Source: Eledone cirrhosa
Taxonomy: Eukaryota
DNA length: 64,000 nt
NCBI GenBank assembly: GCA_964016885.1
Contig: OZ024740.1
Coordinates: forward strand, 17,236,001-17,300,000
Direction: 5' to 3'
The position numbers and the translations under genes were made by a program. Shown in pieces: positions 39,501-54,500 of this stretch (its first letter is position 1; each line of letters opens with the position of its first letter). The notes under the pieces are model-generated. The model ran no database searches. It was not told the origin of the DNA and saw nothing but the letters and a program-made list of their open reading frames with translations.

Positions 39501-42500
39501 GTAGGGTCCACTGTAATAGTGATAGATGTGTGTGGTGTAGGGTCCACTGTAATAGTGATAGATGTGTGTAGTGTAGGGTCCACTGTAATAGTGATAGATG
39601 TGTGTGGTGTAGGGTCCACTGTAATAGTGATAGATGTATGTGGTGTAGGGTCCACTGTAATAGTGATAGATGTATGTGGTGTAGGGTCCACTGTAATAGT
39701 GATAGATGTATGTAGTGTAGGGTCCACTGTAATAGTGATAGATGTGTGTGGTGTAGGGTCCACTGTAATAGTGATAGATGTGTGTGGTGTAGGGTCCACT
39801 GTAATAGTGATAGATGTATGTGGTGTAGGGTCCACTGTAATAGTGATAGATGTGTGTGGTGTAGGGTCCACTGTAATAGTGATAGATGTGTGTGGTGTAG
39901 GGTCCACTGTAATAGTGATAGATGTATGTAGTGTAGGGTCCACTGTAATAGTGATAGATGTATGTAGTGTAGGGTCCACTGTAATAGTGATAGATGTGTG
40001 TGGATTTGGGTCCACTGTAATACTGATAGATCTGTGTGGTGTAGGGTCCACTGTAATAGTGATAGATGTGTGTGGTGTAGGGTCCACTGTAATAGTGATA
40101 GATGTATGTGGTGTAGGGTCCACTGTAATAGTGATAGATGTATGTGGTGTAGGGTCCACTGTAATAGTGATAGATGTATGTGGTGTAGGGTCCACTGTAA
40201 TAGTGATAGATGTATGTGGTGTAGGGTCCACTGTAATAGTGATAGATGTATGTGGTGTAGGGTCCACTGTAATAGTGATAGATGTATGTGGTGTAGGGTC
40301 CACTGTAATAGTGATAGATGTATGTAGTGTAGGGGCCACTGTAATAGTGATAGATGTGTGTGGTGTAGGGTCCACTGTAATAGTGATAGATGTGTGTGGT
40401 GTAGGGTCCACTGTAATAGTGATAGATGTGTGTAGTGTAGGGTCCACTGTAATAGTGATAGATGTATGTAGTGTAGGGTCCACTGTAATAGTGATAGATG
40501 TGTGTGGTGTAGGGTCCACTGTAATAGTGATATATGTATGTAGTGTAGGCGCCACTGTAATAGTGATAGATGTATGTGGTGTAGGGTCCACTGTAATAGT
40601 GATAGATGTATGTAGTGTAGGGGCCACTGTAATAGTGATAGATGTGTGTAGTGTAGGGTCCACTGTAATAGTGATAGATGTATGTAGTGTAGGGTCCACT
40701 GTAATAGTGATAGATGTGTGTAGTGTAGGGTCCACTGTAATAGTGATAGATGTATGTAGTGTAGGGTCCACTGTAATAGTGATAGATGTGTGTGGTGTAG
40801 TGTCCACTGTAATAGTGATATATGTATGTAGTGTAGGCGCCACTGTAATAGTGATAGATGTATGTGGTGTAGGGTCCACTGTAATAGTGATAGATGTATG
40901 TAGTGTAGGGGCCACTGTAATAGTGATAGATGTATGTGGTGTAGGGTCCACTGTAATAGTGATATATATGTGTAGTGTAGGGTCCACTGTAATAGTGATA
41001 GATGTGTGTGGTGTGGGGTCCACTGTAATAGTGATAGATGTGTGTGGTGTGGGGTCCACTGTAATAGTGATAGATGTGTGTGGTGTAGGGTCCACTGTAA
41101 TAGTGATAGATGTATGTGGTGTAGGGTCCACTGTAATAGTGATAGATGTGTGTGGTGTAGGGTCCACTGTAATAGTGATAGATGTATGTGGTGTAGGGTC
41201 CACTGTAATAGTGATAGATGTGTGTGGTGTAGGGTCCACTGTAATAGTGATAGATGTATGTAGTGTAGGGTCCACTGTAATAGTGATAGATGTATGTGGT
41301 GTAGGGTCCACTGTAATAGTGATAGATGTGTGTGGTGTAGGGTCCACTGTAATTGTGATAGATGTGTGTGGTGTAGGGTCCACTGTAATAGTGATAGATG
41401 TGTGTGGTGTAGGGTCCACTGTAATAGTGATAGATGTGTAGTGTAGGGTCCACTGTAATAGTGATAGATGTGTGTGGTGTAGGGTCCACTGTAATAGTGA
41501 TAGATGTGTGTGGTGTAGGGTCCACTGTAATAGTGATAGATGTATGTGGTGTAGGGTCCACTGTAATAGTGATAGATGTATGTAGTGTAGGGTCCACTGT
41601 AATAGTGATAGATGTGTGTGGTGTAGGGTCCACTGTAATAGTGATAGATGTATGTGGTGTAGGGTCCACTGTAATAGTGATAGATGTATGTGGTTTTGGG
41701 TCCATTGTAATAGTGATAGATGTGTGTGGTGTAGGGTCCACTGTAGTAGTGATAGATGTATGTGGTGTAGGGTCCACTGTAATAGTGATATATGTATGTA
41801 GTGTAGGGTCCACTGTAATAGTGATAGATGTGTGTGGTGTAGGGTCCACTGTAATAGTGATAGATGTATGTGGTGTAGGGTCCACTGTAATAGTGATAGA
41901 TGTGTGTGGTATAGGGTCCACTGTAATAGTGATAGATGTGTGTGGTGTGGGGTCCATTGTAATAGTGATAGATGTGTGTGGTGTAGGGTCCACTGTAATA
42001 GTGATAGATGTATGTGGTGTAGGGTCCACTGTAATAGTGATAGATGTATGTGGTGTAGGGTCCACTGTAATAGTGATAGATGTGTGGTGTAGGGTCCACT
42101 GTAATAGTGATAGATGTATGTGGTGTAGGGTGCACTGTAATAGTGATAGATGTATGTGGTGTAGGGTCCACTGTAATAGTGATAGATGTATGTAGTGTAG
42201 GGTCCACTGTAATAGTGATAGATGTGTGTGGTGTAGAGTCCACTGTAATAGTGATAGATGTGTGTGGTGTAGGGTCCACTGTAATAGTGATAAATGTATG
42301 TAGTGTAGGATCCACTGTAATAGTGATAGATGTATGTAGTGTAGGGTCCACTGTAATAGTGATAGATGTATGTGGTGTAGGGTCCACTGTAATAGTGATA
42401 GATGTGTGTAGTGTAGGGTCCACTGTAATAGTGATAGATGTATGTGGTGTAGGGTCCACTGTAATGGTGATAGATGTGTGTGGTGTAGGGTCCACTGTAA

Positions 42501-45500
42501 TAGTGATAGATGTGGTGTGGGGTCCACTGTAATAGTGATAGATGTGTGTGGTGTAGGGTCCACTGTAATAGTGATAGATGTGGTGTAGGGTCCACTGTAA
42601 TAGTGATAGATGTATGTGGTGTAGGGTCCACTGTAATAGTGATAGATGTGTGTAGTGTAGGGTCCACTGTAATAGTGATAGATGTATGTGGTGTGGGGTC
42701 CACTGTAATAGTGATAGATGTGTGTAGTGTAGGGTCCACTGTAATGGTGATAGATGTATGTGGTGTAGGGTCCACTGTAATGGTGATAGATGTATGTGGT
42801 GTAGGGTCCACTGTAATGGTGATAGATGTATGTGGTGTAGGGTCCACTGTAATAGTGATAGATGTGTGTAGTGTAGGGTCCACTGTAATAGTGATAGATG
42901 TGTGGTGTAGGGTCCACTGTAATAGTGATAGGTGTGTGTGGTGTAGGGTCCACTGTAATAGTGATAGATGTGTGTGGTGTAGGGTCCACTGTAATAGTGA
43001 TAGATGTGTGTAGTGTAGGGTCCACTGTAATAGTGATAGATGTGTGTGGTGTGGGGTTCACTAATAGTGATAGATGTGGTGTAGGGTCCACTGTAATAGT
43101 GATAGATGTATGTAGTGTAGGGTCCACTGTAATAGTGATAGATGTATGTAGTGTAGGGTCCACTGTAATAGTGATAGATGTGTGTGGTGTAGGGTCCACT
43201 GTAATAGTGATAGATGTATGTGGTGTAGGGTCCACTGTAATGGTGATAGATGTATGTGGTGTAGGGTCCACTGTAATAGTGATAGATGTGTGTGGTGTAG
43301 GGTCCACTGTAATAGTGATAGATGTGTGTAGTGTAGGGTCCACTGTAATAGTGATAGATGTGTGTAGTGTAGGGTCCACTGTAATAGTGATAGATGTGTG
43401 TGGTGTAGGGTCCACTGTAATAGTGATAGATGTGTGTAGTGTAGGGTCCACTGTAATAGTGATAGATGTATGTGGTGTAGGGTCCACTGTAATAGTGATA
43501 GATGTGTGTAGTGTAGGGTCCACTGTAATAGTGATAGATGTGTGTGGTGTAGGGTCCACTGTAATAGTGATAGATGTGTGTAGTGTAGGGTCCACTGTAA
43601 TAGTGATAGATGTGTGTGGTGTGGGGTCCACTGTAATAGTGATAGATGTGTGTGTTGTAGGGTCCACTGTAATAGTGATAGATGTGTGTAGTGTAGGGTC
43701 CACTGTAATAGTAATAGATGTGTGTAGTGTAGGGTCCACTGTAATAGTGATAGATGTGTGTGGTGTAGGGTCCACTGTAATAGTGATAGATGTGTGTGGT
43801 GTAGGGTCCACTGTAATAGTGATAGATGTATGTAGTGTAGGGTCCACTGTAATAGTGATAGATGTGGTGTAGGGTCCACTGTAATAGTGATAGATGTGTG
43901 TGTTGTAGGGTCCACTGTAATAGTAATAGATGTGTGTAGTGTAGGGTCCACTGTAATAGTAATAGATGTGTGTAGTGTAGGGTCCACTGTAATAGTGATA
44001 GATGTGTGTGGTGTAGGGTCCACTGTAATTGTGATAGATGTGTGTGATGTAGGGTCCACTGTAATAGTGATAGATGTATGTGGTGTAGGGTCCACTGTAA
44101 TAGTGATAGATGTGTAGTGTAGGGTCCACTGTAATAGTGATAGATGTATGTAGTGTAGGGTCCACTGTAATAGTGATAGATGTGGTGTAGGGTCCACTGT
44201 AATAGTGATAGATGTGTGTGGTGTAGGGTCCACTGTAATAGTGATAGATGTATGTGGTGTAGGGTCCACTGTAATAGTGATAGATGTATGTGGTGTAGGG
44301 TCCACTGTAATAGTGATAGATGTATGTGGTGTAGGGTCCACTGTAATAGTGATAGATGTATGTGGTGTAGGGTCCACTGTAATAGTGATAGATGTGTGTA
44401 GTGTAGGGTCCACTGTAATAGTGATATATGTGTGTAGTGTAGGGTCCACTGTAATAGTGATAGATGTGTGTAGTGTAGGGTCCACTGTAATAGTGATAGA
44501 TGTGTGTGGTGTAGGGTCCACTGTAATAGTGATAGATGTGTGTAGTGTAGGGTCCACTGTAATAGTGGTAGATGTGTGTGGTGTAGGGTCCACTGTAATA
44601 GTGATAGATGTGTGTGGTGTAGGGTCCACTGTAATTGTGATAGATGTGTGTGGTGTAGGGTCCACTGTAATAGTGATAGATGTATGTGGTGTAGGGTCCA
44701 CTGTAATAGTGATAGATGTGTAGTGTAGGGTCCACTGTAATAGTGATATATGTATGTGGTGTAGGGTCCACTGTAATAGTGATAGATGTATGTGGTGTAG
44801 GGTCCACTGTAATAGTGATAGATGTATGTGGTGTAGGGTCCACTGTAATAGTGATAGATGTGTGTGGTGTAGGGTCCACTGTAATAGTGATAGATGTATG
44901 TGGTGTAGGGTCCACTGTAATAGTGATAGATGTATGTGGTGTAGGGTCCACTGTAATAGTGATAGATGTGTGTGGTGTAGGGTCCACTGTAATAGTGATA
45001 GATGTATGTGGTGTAGGGTCCACTGTAATAGTGATAGATGTGTGTGGTATAGGGTCCACTGTAATAGTGATAGATGTGTGTGGTGTGGGGTCCATTGTAA
45101 TAGTGATAGATGTGTGTGGTGTAGGGTCCACTGTAATAGTGATAGATGTATGTGGTGTAGGGTCCCCTGTAATAGTGATAGATGTGTAGTGTAGGGTCCA
45201 CTGTAATAGTGATAGATGTGTGTGGTGTAGGGTCCACTGTAATAGTGATATATGTGGTGTAGGGTCCACTGTAATAGTGATAGATGTGTGTGTTGTAGGG
45301 TCCACTGTAATAGTGATAGATGTGTAGTGTAGGGTCCACTGTAATAGTGATAGATGTGTGTGGTGTAGGGTCCACTGTAATAGTGATAGATGTGTAGTGT
45401 AGGGTCCACTGTAATAGTGATAGATGTGTGTGGTGTAGGGTCCACTGTAATAGTGATAGATGTGTGTGTTGTAGGGTCCACTGTAATAGTGATAGATGTG

Positions 45501-48500
45501 TGTAGTGTAGGGTCCACTGTAATAGTAATAGATGTGTGTAGTGTAGGGTCCACTGTAATAGTGATAGATGTGTGTGGTGTAGGGTCCACTGTAATAGTGA
45601 TAGATGTGTGTGGTGTAGGGTCCACTGTAATTGTGATAGATGTGTGTGGTGTAGGGTCCACTGTAATAGTGATAGATGTATGTGGTGTAGGGTCCACTGT
45701 AATAGTGATAGATGTGTAGTGTAGGGTCCACTGTAATAGTGATAGATGTATGTAGTGTAGGGTCCACTGTAATAGTGATAGATGTGGTGTAGGGTCCACT
45801 GTAATAGTGATAGATGTGTGTGGTGTAGGGTCCACTGTAATAGTGATAGATGTGTGTTGTGTAGGGTCCACTGTAATAGTGATAGATGTGTGTGGTGTAG
45901 GGTCCACTGTAATAGTGATAGATGTATGTGGTGTAGGGTCCACTGTAATAGTGATAGATGTATGTGGTGTAGGGTCCACTGTAATAGTGATAGATGTATG
46001 TGGTGTAGGGTCCACTGTAATAGTGATAGATGTGTGTAGTGTAGGGTCCACTGTAATAGTGATATATGTGTGTAGTGTAGGGTCCACTGTAATAGTGATA
46101 GATGTGTGTAGTGTAGGGTCCACTGTAATAGTGATAGATGTGTGTGGTGTAGGGTCCACTGTAATAGTGATAGATGTGTGTAGTGTAGGGTCCACTGTAA
46201 TAGTGATAGATGTGTGTGGTGTAGGGTCCACTGTAATAGTGATAGATGTGTGTGGTGTAGGGTCCACTGTAATTGTGATAGATGTGTGTTGTGTAGGGTC
46301 CACTGTAATAGTGATAGATGTATGTGGTGTAGGGTCCACTGTAATAGTGATAGATGTGTAGTGTAGGGTCCACTGTAATAGTGATAGATGTATGTGGTGT
46401 AGGGTCCACTGTAATAGTGATAGATGTATGTGGTGTAGGGTCCACTGTAATAGTGATAGATGTATGTGGTGTAGGGTCCACTGTAATAGTGATAGATGTG
46501 TGTGGTGTAGGGTCCACTGTAATAGTGATAGATGTATGTGGTGTAGGGTCCACTGTAATAGTGATAGATGTATGTGGTGTAGGGTCCACTGTAATAGTGA
46601 TAGATGTGTGTGGTGTAGGGTCCACTGTAATAGTGATAGATGTATGTGGTGTAGGGTCCACTGTAATAGTGATAGATGTGTGTGGTATAGGGTCCACTGT
46701 AATAGTGATAGATGTATGTGGTGTAGGGTCCACTGTAATAGTGATAGATGTATGTGGTGTAGGGTCCACTGTAATAGTGATAGATGTGTGTGGTGTAGGG
46801 TCCACTGTAATAGTGATAGATGTATGTGGTGTAGGGTCCACTGTAATAGTGATAGATGTGTGTGCTATAGGGTCCACTGTAATAGTGATAGATGTGTGTG
46901 GTGTGGGGTCCATTGTAATAGTGATAGATGTATGTAGTGTAGGGTCCACTGTAATAGTGATAGATGTGTGTGGTGTAGGGTCCACTGTAATAGTGATACA
47001 TGTATGTAGTGTAGGGTCCACTGTAATAGTGATAGATGTGTGTAGTGTAGGGTCCACTGTAATAGTGATAGATGTGTGTAGTGTAGGGTCCACTGTAATA
47101 GTGATAGATGTATGTAGTGTAGGGTCCACTGTAATAGTGATAGATGTGTGTGGTGTAGGGTCCACTGTAATAGTGATAGATGTGTGTGGTGTAGGGTCCA
47201 CTGTAATAGTGATAGATGTATGTGGTGTAGGGTCCACTGTAATAGTGATAGATGTGTGTGGTGTAGGGTCCACTGTAATAGTGATAGATGTGTGTGGTGT
47301 AGGGTCCACTGTAATAGTGATAGATGTATGTAGTGTAGGGTCCACTGTAATAGTGATAGATGTATGTAGTGTAGGGTCCACTGTAATAGTGATAGATGTG
47401 TGTGGATTTGGGTCCACTGTAATACTGATAGATCTGTGTGGTGTAGGGTCCACTGTAATAGTGATAGATGTGTGTGGTGTAGGGTCCACTGTAATAGTGA
47501 TAGATGTATGTGGTGTAGGGTCCACTGTAATAGTGATAGATGTATGTGGTGTAGGGTCCACTGTAATAGTGATAGATGTATGTGGTGTAGGGTCCACTGT
47601 AATAGTGATAGATGTATGTGGTGTAGGGTCCACTGTAATAGTGATAGATGTATGTGGTGTAGGGTCCACTGTAATAGTGATAGATGTATGTGGTGTAGGG
47701 TCCACTGTAATAGTGATAGATGTATGTAGTGTAGGGGCCACTGTAATAGTGATAGATGTGTGTGGTGTAGGGTCCACTGTAATAGTGATAGATGTGTGTG
47801 GTGTAGGGTCCACTGTAATAGTGATAGATGTGTGTAGTGTAGGGTCCACTGTAATAGTGATATATGTATGTAGTGTAGGCGCCACTGTAATAGTGATAGA
47901 TGTATGTGGTGTAGGGTCCACTGTAATAGTGATAGATGTATGTAGTGTAGGGGCCACTGTAATAGTGATAGATGTATGTGGTGTAGGGTCCACTGTAATA
48001 GTGATATATATGTGTAGTGTAGGGTCCACTGTAATAGTGATAGATGTGTGTGGTGTGGGGTCCACTGTAATAGTGATAGATGTGTGTGGTGTGGGGTCCA
48101 CTGTAATAGTGATAGATGTGTGTGGTGTAGGGTCCACTGTAATAGTGATAGATGTATGTGGTGTAGGGTCCACTGTAATAGTGATAGATGTGTGTGGTGT
48201 AGGGTCCACTGTAATAGTGATAGATGTATGTGGTGTAGGGTCCACTGTAATAGTGATAGATGTGTGTGGTGTAGGGTCCACTGTAATAGTGATAGATGTA
48301 TGTAGTGTAGGGTCCACTGTAATAGTGATAGATGTATGTGGTGTAGGGTCCACTGTAATAGTGATAGATGTGTGTGGTGTAGGGTCCACTGTAATTGTGA
48401 TAGATGTGTGTGGTGTAGGGTCCACTGTAATAGTGATAGATGTGTGTGGTGTAGGGTCCACTGTAATAGTGATAGATGTGTAGTGTAGGGTCCACTGTAA

Positions 48501-51500
48501 TAGTGATAGATGTGTGTGGTGTAGGGTCCACTGTAATAGTGATAGATGTGTGTGGTGTAGGGTCCACTGTAATAGTGATAGATGTATGTGGTGTAGGGTC
48601 CACTGTAATAGTGATAGATGTATGTAGTGTAGGGTCCACTGTAATAGTGATAGATGTGTGTGGTGTAGGGTCCACTGTAATAGTGATAGATGTATGTGGT
48701 GTAGGGTCCACTGTAATAGTGATAGATGTATGTGGTTTTGGGTCCATTGTAATAGTGATAGATGTGTGTGGTGTAGGGTCCACTGTAATAGTGATAGATG
48801 TATGTGGTGTAGGGTCCACTGTAATAGTGATAGATGTGTGTGGTGTAGGGTCCACTGTAGTAGTGATAGATGTATGTGGTGTAGGGTCCACTGTAATAGT
48901 GATATATGTATGTAGTGTAGGGTCCACTGTAATAGTGATAGATGTGTGTGGTGTAGGGTCCACTGTAATAGTGATAGATGTATGTGGTGTAGGGTCCACT
49001 GTAATAGTGATAGATGTGTGTGGTATAGGGTCCACTGTAATAGTGATAGATGTGTGTGGTGTGGGGTCCATTGTAATAGTGATAGATGTGTGTGGTGTAG
49101 GGTCCACTGTAATAGTGATAGATGTATGTGGTGTAGGGTCCACTGTAATAGTGATAGATGTATGTGGTGTAGGGTCCACTGTAATAGTGATAGATGTTTG
49201 TGGTGTAGGGTTCACTGTAATAGTGATAGATGTGTGTGGTGTAGGGTCCACTGTAATAGTGATAGATGTATGTGGTGTAGGGTCCACTGTAATAGTGATA
49301 GATGTGTGTGCTATAGGGTCCACTGTAATAGTGATAGATGTGTGTGGTGTGGGGTCCATTGTAATAGTGATAGATGTATGTAGTGTAGGGTCCACTGTAA
49401 TTGTGATAGATGTATGTAGTGTAGGGTCCACTGTAATAGTGATAGATGTGTGTGGTGTAGGGTCCACTGTAATAGTGATATATGTATGTGGTGTAGGGTC
49501 CACTGTAATAGTGATATATGTATGTGGTGTAGGGTCCACTGTAATAGTGATAGATGTATGTGGTGTAGGCTCCACTGTAATAGTGATAGATGTGTGTAGT
49601 GTAGGGTCCACTGTAATAGTGATAGATGTGTGTGGTGTAGGGTCCACTGTAATAGTGATAGATGTATGTGGTGTAGGGTGCACTGTAATAGTGATAGATG
49701 TATGTGGTGTAGGGTCCACTGTAATAGTGATAGATGTATGTAGTGTAGGGTCCACTGTAATAGTGATAGATGTGTGTGGTGTAGAGTCCACTGTAATAGT
49801 GATAGATGTGTGTGGTGTAGGGTCCACTGTAATAGTGATAGATGTATGTGGTGTAGGGTCCACTGTAATAGTGATAGATGTATGTAGTGTAGGGTCCACT
49901 GTAATAGTGATAGATGTGTGTGGTGTAGGGTCCACTGTAATAGTGATAGATGTATGTAGTGTAGGGTCCATTGTAATAGTGATAGATGTATGTAGTGTAG
50001 GGTCCACTGTAATAGTGATAGATGTATGTGGTGTAGGGTCCACTGTAATAGTGATAGATGTGTGTGGTGTAGGGTCCACTGTAATAGTGATAGATGTATG
50101 TGGTGTAGGGTCCACTGTAATAGTGATAGATGTATGTGGTGTAGGGTCCACTGTAATAGTGATAGATGTGTGTGGTGTAGGGTCCACTGTAATAGTGATA
50201 GATGTGTGTGGTGTAGGGTCCACTGTAATAGTGAGAGATGTGTGTGGTGTAGGGTCCACTGTAATAGTGATAGATGTATGTGGTGTAGGGTCCACTGTAA
50301 TAGTGATAGATGTATGTGGTGTAGGGTCCACTGTAATAGTGATAGATGTATGTGGTGTAGGGTCCACTGTAATAGTGATAGATGTGTGTGGTGTAGGGTC
50401 CACTGTAATAGTGATAGATGTGTGTGGTGTAGGGTCCACTGTAATAGTGAGAGATGTGTGTGGTGTAGGGTCCACTGTAATAGTGATAGATGTATGTGGT
50501 GTAGGGTCCACTGTAATAGTGATAGATGTATGTGGTGTAGGGTCCACTGTAATAGTGATAGATGTATGTAGTGTAGGGTCCACTGTAATAGTGATAGATG
50601 TATGTGGTGTAGGGTCCACTGTAATAGTGATAGATGTATGTGGTGTAGGGTCCACTGTAATAGTGATAGATGTATGTGGTGTAGGGTCCACTGTAATAGT
50701 GATAGCTGTGTGTGGTGTAGGGTCCACTGTAATAGTGATAGATGTATGTGGTGTAGGGTCCACTGTAATAGTGATAGATGTATGTAGTGTAGGGTCCATT
50801 GTAATAGTGATAGATGTATGTAGTGTAGGGTCCACTGTAATAGTGATAGATGTGTGTGGTGTAGGGTCCACTGTAATAGTGATAGATGTGTGTGGTGTAG
50901 GGTCCACTGTAATAGTGATAGATGTGTGGTGTAGGGTCCACTGTAATAGTGATAGATGTGTGTGGTGTAGGGTCCACTGTAATAGTGATAGATGTATGTA
51001 GTGTAGGGTCCACTGTAATAGTGATAGATGTGGTGTAGGGTCCACTGTAATAGTGATAGATGTGTGTGGTGTAGGGTCCACCGTAATAGTGATAGATGTA
51101 TGTGGTGTAGGGTCCACTGTAATAGTGATAGATGTATGTGGTGTAGGGTCCACTGTAATAGTGATAGATGTATGTAGTGTAGGGTCCACTGTAATAGTGA
51201 TAGATGTGGTGTAGGGTCCACTGTAATAGTGATAGATGTGTGTGGTGTGGGGTCCACTGTAATAGTGATAGATGTGTGTAGTGTAGGGTCCACTGTAATA
51301 GTGATATATGTGTGTAGTGTAGGGTCCACTGTAATAGTGATAGATTTGTGTGGTGTGGGGTCCACTAATAGTGATAGATGTGGTGTAGGGTCCACTGTAA
51401 TAGTGATAGATGTGTGTGGTGTAGGGTCCACTGTAATAGTGATAGATGTGTGTGGTGTAGGGTCCACTGTAATAGTGATAGATGTGTGTGGTGTAGGGTC

Positions 51501-54500
51501 CACTGTAATAGTGATAGATGTGTGTGGTGTAGGGTCCACTGTAATAGTGATAGATGTGTGTGGTGTAGGGTCCACTGTAATAGTGATAGATGTATGTAGT
51601 GTAGGGTCCACTGTAATAGTGATAGATGTATGTAGTGTAGGGTCCACTGTAATAGTGATAGATGTATGTGGTGTAGGGTCCACTGTAATAGTGATAGATG
51701 TGTGTGGTGTAGGGTCCACTGTAATAGTGATAGATGTGTGTAGTGTAGGGTCCACTGTAATAGTGATAGATGTGTGTAGTGTAGGGTCCACTGTAATGGT
51801 GATAGATGTGTGTGGTGTAGGGTCCACTGTAATAGTGATAGATGTGTGTGGTGTGGGGTCCATTGTAATAGTGATAGATGTATGTAGTGTAGGGTCCACT
51901 GCAATAGTGATAGATGTGTGTGGTGTAGGGTCCACTGTAATAGTGATAGATGTATGTTGTGTAGGGTCCACTGTAATAGTGATAGATGTGTGTGGTGTAG
52001 GGTCCACTGTAATAGTGATAGATGTGTGTAGTGTAGGGTCCACTGTAATGGTGATAGATGTGTGTGGTGTAGTGTCCACTGTAATAGTGATAGATGTGTG
52101 TGGTGTGGGGTCCATTGTAATAGTGATAGATGTATGTAGTGTAGGGTCCACTGTAATAGTGATAGATGTGTGTGGTGTAGGATCCACTGTAATAGTGATA
52201 GATGTATGTAGTGTAGGGTCCACTGTAATAGTGATAGATGTATGTGGTGTAGGGTCCACTGTAATAGTGGTAGATGTGTGTGGTGTAGGGTCCACTGTAA
52301 TAGTGATAGATGTGTGTGGTGTAGGGTCTACTGTAATAGTGATAGATGTGTGTGGTGTAGGGTCTACTGTAATAGTGGTAGATGTGTGTGGTGTAGGGTC
52401 CACTGTAATAGTGATAGATGTGTGTGGTGTAGGGTCTACTGTAATAGTGATATATGTATGTAGTGTAGGGGCCACTGTAATAGTGATAGATGTATGTGGT
52501 GTAGGGTCCACTGTAATAGTGATATATGTATGTAGTGTAGGGTCCACTGTAATAGTGATAGATGTATGTGGTGTAGGGTCCACTGTAATAGTGATAGATG
52601 TATGTAGTGTAGGGGCCACTGTAATAGTGATAGATGTATGTGGTGTAGGGTCCACTGTAATAGTGATATATATGTGTAGTGTAGGGTCCACTGTAATAGT
52701 GATAGATGTGTGTGGTGTAGGGTCCACTGTAATAGTGATAGATGTGTGTGGTGTAGGGTCCACTGTAATAGTGATAGATGTGTGTGGTGTAGGGTCCACT
52801 GTAATAGTGATAGATGTGTGGTGTAGGGTCCACTGTAATAGTGATAGATGTGTGTGGTGTAGGGTCCACTGTAATAGTGATAGATGTATGTAGTGTAGGG
52901 TCCACTGTAATAGTGATAGATGTGGTGTAGGGTCCACTGTAATAGTGATAGATGTGTGTGGTGTAGGGTCCACCGTAATAGTGATAGATGTATGTGGTGT
53001 AGGGTCCACTGTAATAGTGATAGATGTATGTGGTGTAGGGTCCACTGTAATAGTGATAGATGTATGTAGTGTAGGGTCCACTGTAATAGTGATAGATGTG
53101 GTGTAGGGTCCACTGTAATAGTGATAGATGTGTGTGGTGTGGGGTCCACTGTAATAGTGATAGATGTGTGTAGTGTAGGGTCCACTGTAATAGTGATATA
53201 TGTGTGTAGTGTAGGGTCCACTGTAATAGTGATAGATTTGTGTGGTGTGGGGTCCACTAATAGTGATAGATGTGGTGTAGGGTCCACTGTAATAGTGATA
53301 GATGTGTGTGGTGTAGGGTCCACTGTAATAGTGATAGATGTATGTAGTGTAGGGTCCACTGTAATAGTGATAGATGTGTAGTGTAGGGTCCACTGTAATA
53401 GTGATAGATGTATGTAGTGTAGGGTCCACTGTAATAGTGATAGATGTATGTAGTGTAGGGTCCACTGTAATAGTGATAGATGTATGTAGTGTAGGGTCCA
53501 CTGTAATAGTGATAGATGTATGTAGTGTAGGGTCCACTGTAATAGTGATAGATGTATGTGGTGTAGGGTCCACTGTAATAGTGATAGATGTATGTAGTGT
53601 AGGGTCCACTGTAATAGTGATAGATGTATGTAGTGTAGGGTCCACTGTAATAGTGATAGATGTGTAGTGTAGGGTCCACTGTAATAGTGATAGATGTATG
53701 TAGTGTAGGGTCCACTGTAATAGTGATAGATGTATGTGGTGTAGGGTCCACTGTAATAGTGATAGATGTGTGTGGTGTAGGGTCCACTGTAATTGTGATA
53801 GATGTGTGTGGTGTAGGGTCCACTGTAATAGTGATAGATGTGTGTGGTGTAGGGTCCACTGTAATAGTGATAGATGTGTAGTGTAGGGTCCACTGTAATA
53901 GTGATAGATGTGTGTGGTGTAGGGTCCACTGTAATAGTGATAGATGTGTGTGGTGTAGGGTCCACTGTAATAGTGATAGATGTATGTGGTGTAGGGTCCA
54001 CTGTAATAGTGATAGATGTATGTAGTGTAGGGTCCACTGTAATAGTGATAGATGTGTGTGGTGTAGGGTCCACTGTAATAGTGATAGATGTATGTGGTGT
54101 AGGGTCCACTGTAATAGTGATAGATGTATGTGGTTTTGGGTCCATTGTAATAGTGATAGATGTGTGTGGTGTAGGGTCCACTGTAATAGTGATAGATGTA
54201 TGTGGTGTAGGGTCCACTGTAATAGTGATAGATGTATGTGGTGTAGGGTCCACTGTAATAGTGATAGATGTGTGGTGTAGGGTCCACTGTAATAGTGATA
54301 GATGTATGTGGTGTAGGGTCCACTGTAATAGTGATAGATGTGTGTGGTGTAGGGTCCACTGTAATAGTGATAGATGTGTGTAGTGTAGGGTCCACTGTAA
54401 TAGTTATAGATGTATGTAGTGTAGGGTCCACTGTAATAGTGATAGATGTGTGTGGTGTAGGGTCCACTGTAATAGTGATAGATGTGTGTGGTGTAGGGTC